DNA of 62,817 nucleotides, counting the filler, from Deltaproteobacteria bacterium (GTDB taxonomy: Bacteria; JAUYMQ01), in NCBI GenBank assembly GCA_030698575.1. It is 6 parts of 6 records of this genome, joined end to end, with 100 filler letters (N's around TTAATTAATTAA, not from the genome) between each part and the next. Parts side by side here need not be neighbours in the genome. Positions count along the whole stretch, not along the records: positions 48,820 to 62,817 come from JAUYMQ010000265.1; 5 more parts are not named here. One strand, written 5' to 3'. Of the stretch, positions 59,907 to 62,817 are shown piece after piece; position 1 is the first letter of the stretch, and every line of letters starts with the position of its first letter. The translations under genes were made by a program, and so were the position numbers. The notes under the pieces were generated by a model. The model did not search any database. It saw only the letters and a program-made list of their open reading frames with translations, and was not told the origin of the DNA.

Positions 59907-61486
59907 AGAGGAACGGAAGCGGCGGGGCACCGCGCGCCGAGCAGGCGACCGTGCGCTGTGCCATTTACACACGGAAGTCGACGGACGAGGGCTTGGACCA
60001 GAGCTTCAACACGCTGGATGCCCAGCGCGAGGCGGCCGAGGCATTCATCCAGAGCCAACGGGCGGAGGGCTGGGAGATTCTCCCCGACCGCTACGATGAT
60101 GGAGGGTTCTCCGGGGCGACGCTGGAGAGGCCGGCCTTGAAGCGCCTTCTCGGGGACATCAAAGTGGGCAAGGTCGGCTCGGTGGTCGTCTACAAGGTGG
60201 ACCGGCTCACCCGGTCTCTCCTCGACTTCGCCCGCATCGTAGAGATTTTCGATAATCACCACGTGGGCTTCATCTCCGTGAGCCAGCAGTTCAACACGGC
60301 CACGTCCATGGGGAGGCTCATGTTGCACACCCTCCTCTCCTTCGCGCAATTCGAGCGCGAGATGATAGCGGAACGCACCCGCGACAAGATGTCGGCGGCG
60401 CGAAGGAAGGGGAAGTGGGTCGGGGGGATGCCGGTCCTGGGCTACGACGTGGCCTCCGAAGGCGGGCGACTGATCGTGAACGAGGCCGAGGCCGCGCGGG
60501 TCAGGGAAATCTTCGAAACCTACCTCCGGGAGCAATCGCTCGCTGCGACAGCGGCCGACCTGCATGCACGGGGCTGGACCCTGAAGTCGTGGACCACGAA
60601 GGAAGGGCGGCACCGTGCCGGTCGTCCCTTCAACAAGTCGACTCTCTTTGCGCTCCTCTCGAACGTCATCTACCTCGGGCAGGTCAACTACAAGGGGACC
60701 CTCTACCCCGGCGAGCATCCCGCCATCGTTGATCCGGAGGTCTGGCGGAAGGTCCACGAAGTGCTCCGTCACAACGGCAGGACGGGCGGCAGCGGGGTGC
60801 GGAACAAGCACGGGGCCTTGCTCAAGGGCCTGCTTCGATGCACGCCGTGCGAGGCCCCGATGGTGCATTCGTACACGGTCAGGGGCCGGAAGCGATACCG
60901 CTACTACGTCTGCGGTCGGGCGCAGAAGGAGGGATGGGCCTCGTGCCCCTCGAAGTCGGTTCCGGCCGCGGAAGTCGAGCGGTTCGTCGTCGATCGGATA
61001 CGCGCCCTGGGGCAGGACGAGGGATTGCTTGAGGAGACGCTGCGGCAGGCCCGCATCCAAGGCGCGTCAGAGGTAAGGGCCATCGAGGCCGAGCAGGAAG
61101 CACTTCGCACGGAGTTGAAAGGTCGAAACGCAGAGATTCAACGCAGCCTACAAGGGGATAACGGCGCGAGCGTCGATCCCGATCGGCTCGCTAGCCTTGA
61201 AGGCCAGGTCCGCATCGTCGAAGAGAAGCTGGCGGAAGCCCGGGAGCGGCTGGAGGCGGAATGCGGACAGATGGTGGACGAGCGGGATCTGACCGCGGCC
61301 CTCTCTCTTTTCGACCCGGTCTGGGATGCTCTCTTCCCGCGGGAGCAAGCGCGAATCATGCGCCTCCTCTTAGAGGGCGTCGGCTACGACGGCGGCGAGG
61401 GCATGCTGGCCCTCACCTTCCGGCCGGCGGGGATCACGGCGCTGGGTCGTGAGGGGAGCGCGGGGGGACAGGAGGTGGCACGGTGA
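59903..61486 (+). CDS. Large serine recombinase
   Basis: CAIYTRKS, DRLTRS, recombinase domain, Zn ribbon CTPC...YYVC...C, coiled coil. Confidence 0.95.
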   Translation: MKRNGSGGAPRAEQATVRCAIYTRKSTDEGLDQSFNTLDAQREAAEAFIQSQRAEGWEILPDRYDDGGFSGATLERPALKRLLGDIKVGKVGSVVVYKVDRLTRSLLDFARIVEIFDNHHVGFISVSQQFNTATSMGRLMLHTLLSFAQFEREMIAERTRDKMSAARRKGKWVGGMPVLGYDVASEGGRLIVNEAEAARVREIFETYLREQSLAATAADLHARGWTLKSWTTKEGRHRAGRPFNKSTLFALLSNVIYLGQVNYKGTLYPGEHPAIVDPEVWRKVHEVLRHNGRTGGSGVRNKHGALLKGLLRCTPCEAPMVHSYTVRGRKRYRYYVCGRAQKEGWASCPSKSVPAAEVERFVVDRIRALGQDEGLLEETLRQARIQGASEVRAIEAEQEALRTELKGRNAEIQRSLQGDNGASVDPDRLASLEGQVRIVEEKLAEARERLEAECGQMVDERDLTAALSLFDPVWDALFPREQARIMRLLLEGVGYDGGEGMLALTFRPAGITALGREGSAGGQEVAR

Positions 61487-62022
61487 GACCTGAGGGGACC
61501 GAGCAGGCGTCTCGGCGGAAGGATGGGTGGACCGTGGAGTGCCCGGTCCGCTTCGAAAGAGCGAGGAATGGTCGCAGGCGGCTGCAGACGGCCGATGCCC
61601 CCCTGCCCTCCGCTCTTCCCCCACAGGGACGCGTCCCTCGGGTAGCGCGCCTGCTGGCCTTGGCTCATCGCTTCGAAGGCCTACTGCGATCCGGCGTAGT
61701 CAAGAAGCACGCCGATCTGGCCCGGCTCGCCGGCGTCTCGCGGCCCCGCGTGACCCAGATCTTGAACCTCCTTCACCTGGCCCCGACCATTCAGGAAGCG
61801 ATCCTCGAACTTCCTCCGACGTACAAAGGCCACGATCCTCTGTCTGAATCGGACCTGCGTCCCATCGTCAGGGTGCCCGAGTGGCCGAAGCAGCTCAGGC
61901 AGTGGAATGAGCTTCTCGGGAGGGACAGGGACACATTGGCGATGGACCCTCCGATGGCGGGCGCTGCCGGAGGAGGGAAGGTTCGGTTCCGTATCGGCGC
62001 TGGCAAGGCAGATGGAAGTTGA
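61483..62022 (+). CDS. Recombinase-associated HTH protein
   Basis: LLALAHRF...LARLAGVSRPRVTQILNLLHLAP. Confidence 0.75.
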   Translation: MRPEGTEQASRRKDGWTVECPVRFERARNGRRRLQTADAPLPSALPPQGRVPRVARLLALAHRFEGLLRSGVVKKHADLARLAGVSRPRVTQILNLLHLAPTIQEAILELPPTYKGHDPLSESDLRPIVRVPEWPKQLRQWNELLGRDRDTLAMDPPMAGAAGGGKVRFRIGAGKADGS

Positions 62023-62191
62023 CGCCTCTTATGTTGGCCGACTGCTGATGCTGACGTCTCTTGCCCCGGCGACCGTCGAGGATCTCCTGCGAGGCACTGA
62101 GCGCAGCGGCCTTTCCTCTCGCGACCTGGTCCACAGCCCACTTCTTTGGAGCGAGCAAGGTGAGAGCCTCTCCTCTATGGGCCATCGCTGA
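61907..62191 (+). pseudogene. Degenerate second recombinase-associated HTH gene
   Basis: SVSALARQMEVDASYVGRLLMLTSLAP...WSEQ; lacks a proper 5' end and overlaps the previous gene. Confidence 0.5.
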
Positions 62192-62725
62192 GACTGCCAA
62201 TCACGCCCCATTCGAGAAAAGACGGGCTAGTACCGAGAGACACTCTAAGCGGTTGATTTCTTTGACAAAGGTCATCGCCTCCGGCAAATTGGTATCCATT
62301 CCGACTATCTATAAGGACGCTCACTCGCTGGCTATCGTGAGGTTGTGACCGTGGACACCAGAGACGCCGTGTGGCTGGCGAATTACAACTTCAGTCATAA
62401 AAACAGGCGCTTGGGCCGGCTTGTCCCAGGGGACTGTCTGCCCTACGCTTCCCCGCCATGAAAGAGCTGCCGGGGGCCATTCGAGCTTCCCCTCGCAGCA
62501 TGATTTGCAATTCGCCATGCACAGGTCAGGAAAGTGAACGCCGCCCTTCGGCGACCCATTTGACCCGGTTCTGAAAATCGCCGATAATTCCGAGGTGGAC
62601 ATATTTTTTGAAACCACAGGATTGTTTTGGGGCGGACAATCGCGCTGGAGATTCGTTGGCGGCGCAGAAATCTCTGCTCCCCTAGAAACGGCGTCCCGGA
62701 GTCAGGGAGGCGAGGAGTAGCAGCC

Positions 62726-62817
62726 ATGGCAGCCCGCAAGAAGAAGGGCGTCGCGAAGAAGAGCAAGGTGAGCGTCCGGAAGAAGACGAGCACGAAGAAG
62801 GCCTCGGCGTCCAAGAA
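62726..62817 (+). CDS. Lys-rich protein, N-terminal fragment
   Basis: GAGGAG RBS, MAARKKKGVAKKSK...; open to the window end. Confidence 0.6.
   Translation, partial: MAARKKKGVAKKSKVSVRKKTSTKKASASK

Overview
The window is six unrelated contigs joined by artificial N44-TTAATTAATTAA-N44 linkers, so adjacency across a linker means nothing. (1) 1-5811: fragment of a small tailless virus. It has a PM2/STIV-like double-jelly-roll major capsid gene, three beta-rich structural ORFs, a basic helical protein where the packaging ATPase usually sits, a ParB-Zn-finger protein, an AbrB-like protein, DnaA-box-like repeats and hairpins. (2) 5912-8624: ppdK, a secreted protein, and a sigma54 promoter followed by a structured terminator/antiterminator leader before an ECF sigma factor. 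(3) 8725-13165 and (4) 13266-17893: housekeeping genes (GST, enoyl-CoA hydratase, cyclase, apaH, tRNA-Leu, rnr, acyltransferase). (5) 17994-48719, probably Gemmatimonadota-like: fusA-rpsG-rpsL; a 4.3-kb IS1-family transposon carrying a C5-methyltransferase/endonuclease/Vsr set; repeat-delimited arrays of TA, coiled-coil and Uma2 genes; and a Wzx/Wzy polysaccharide locus with an atypical Sat / mini pyruvate kinase / phosphatase module. (6) 48820-62817: two DUF2924/large-serine-recombinase island ends, an IS, and a secreted Rhs toxin with an IPTL-CTERM-like transmembrane hairpin inserted inside its Rhs core. All assignments come from reading motifs by eye; no searches were run.
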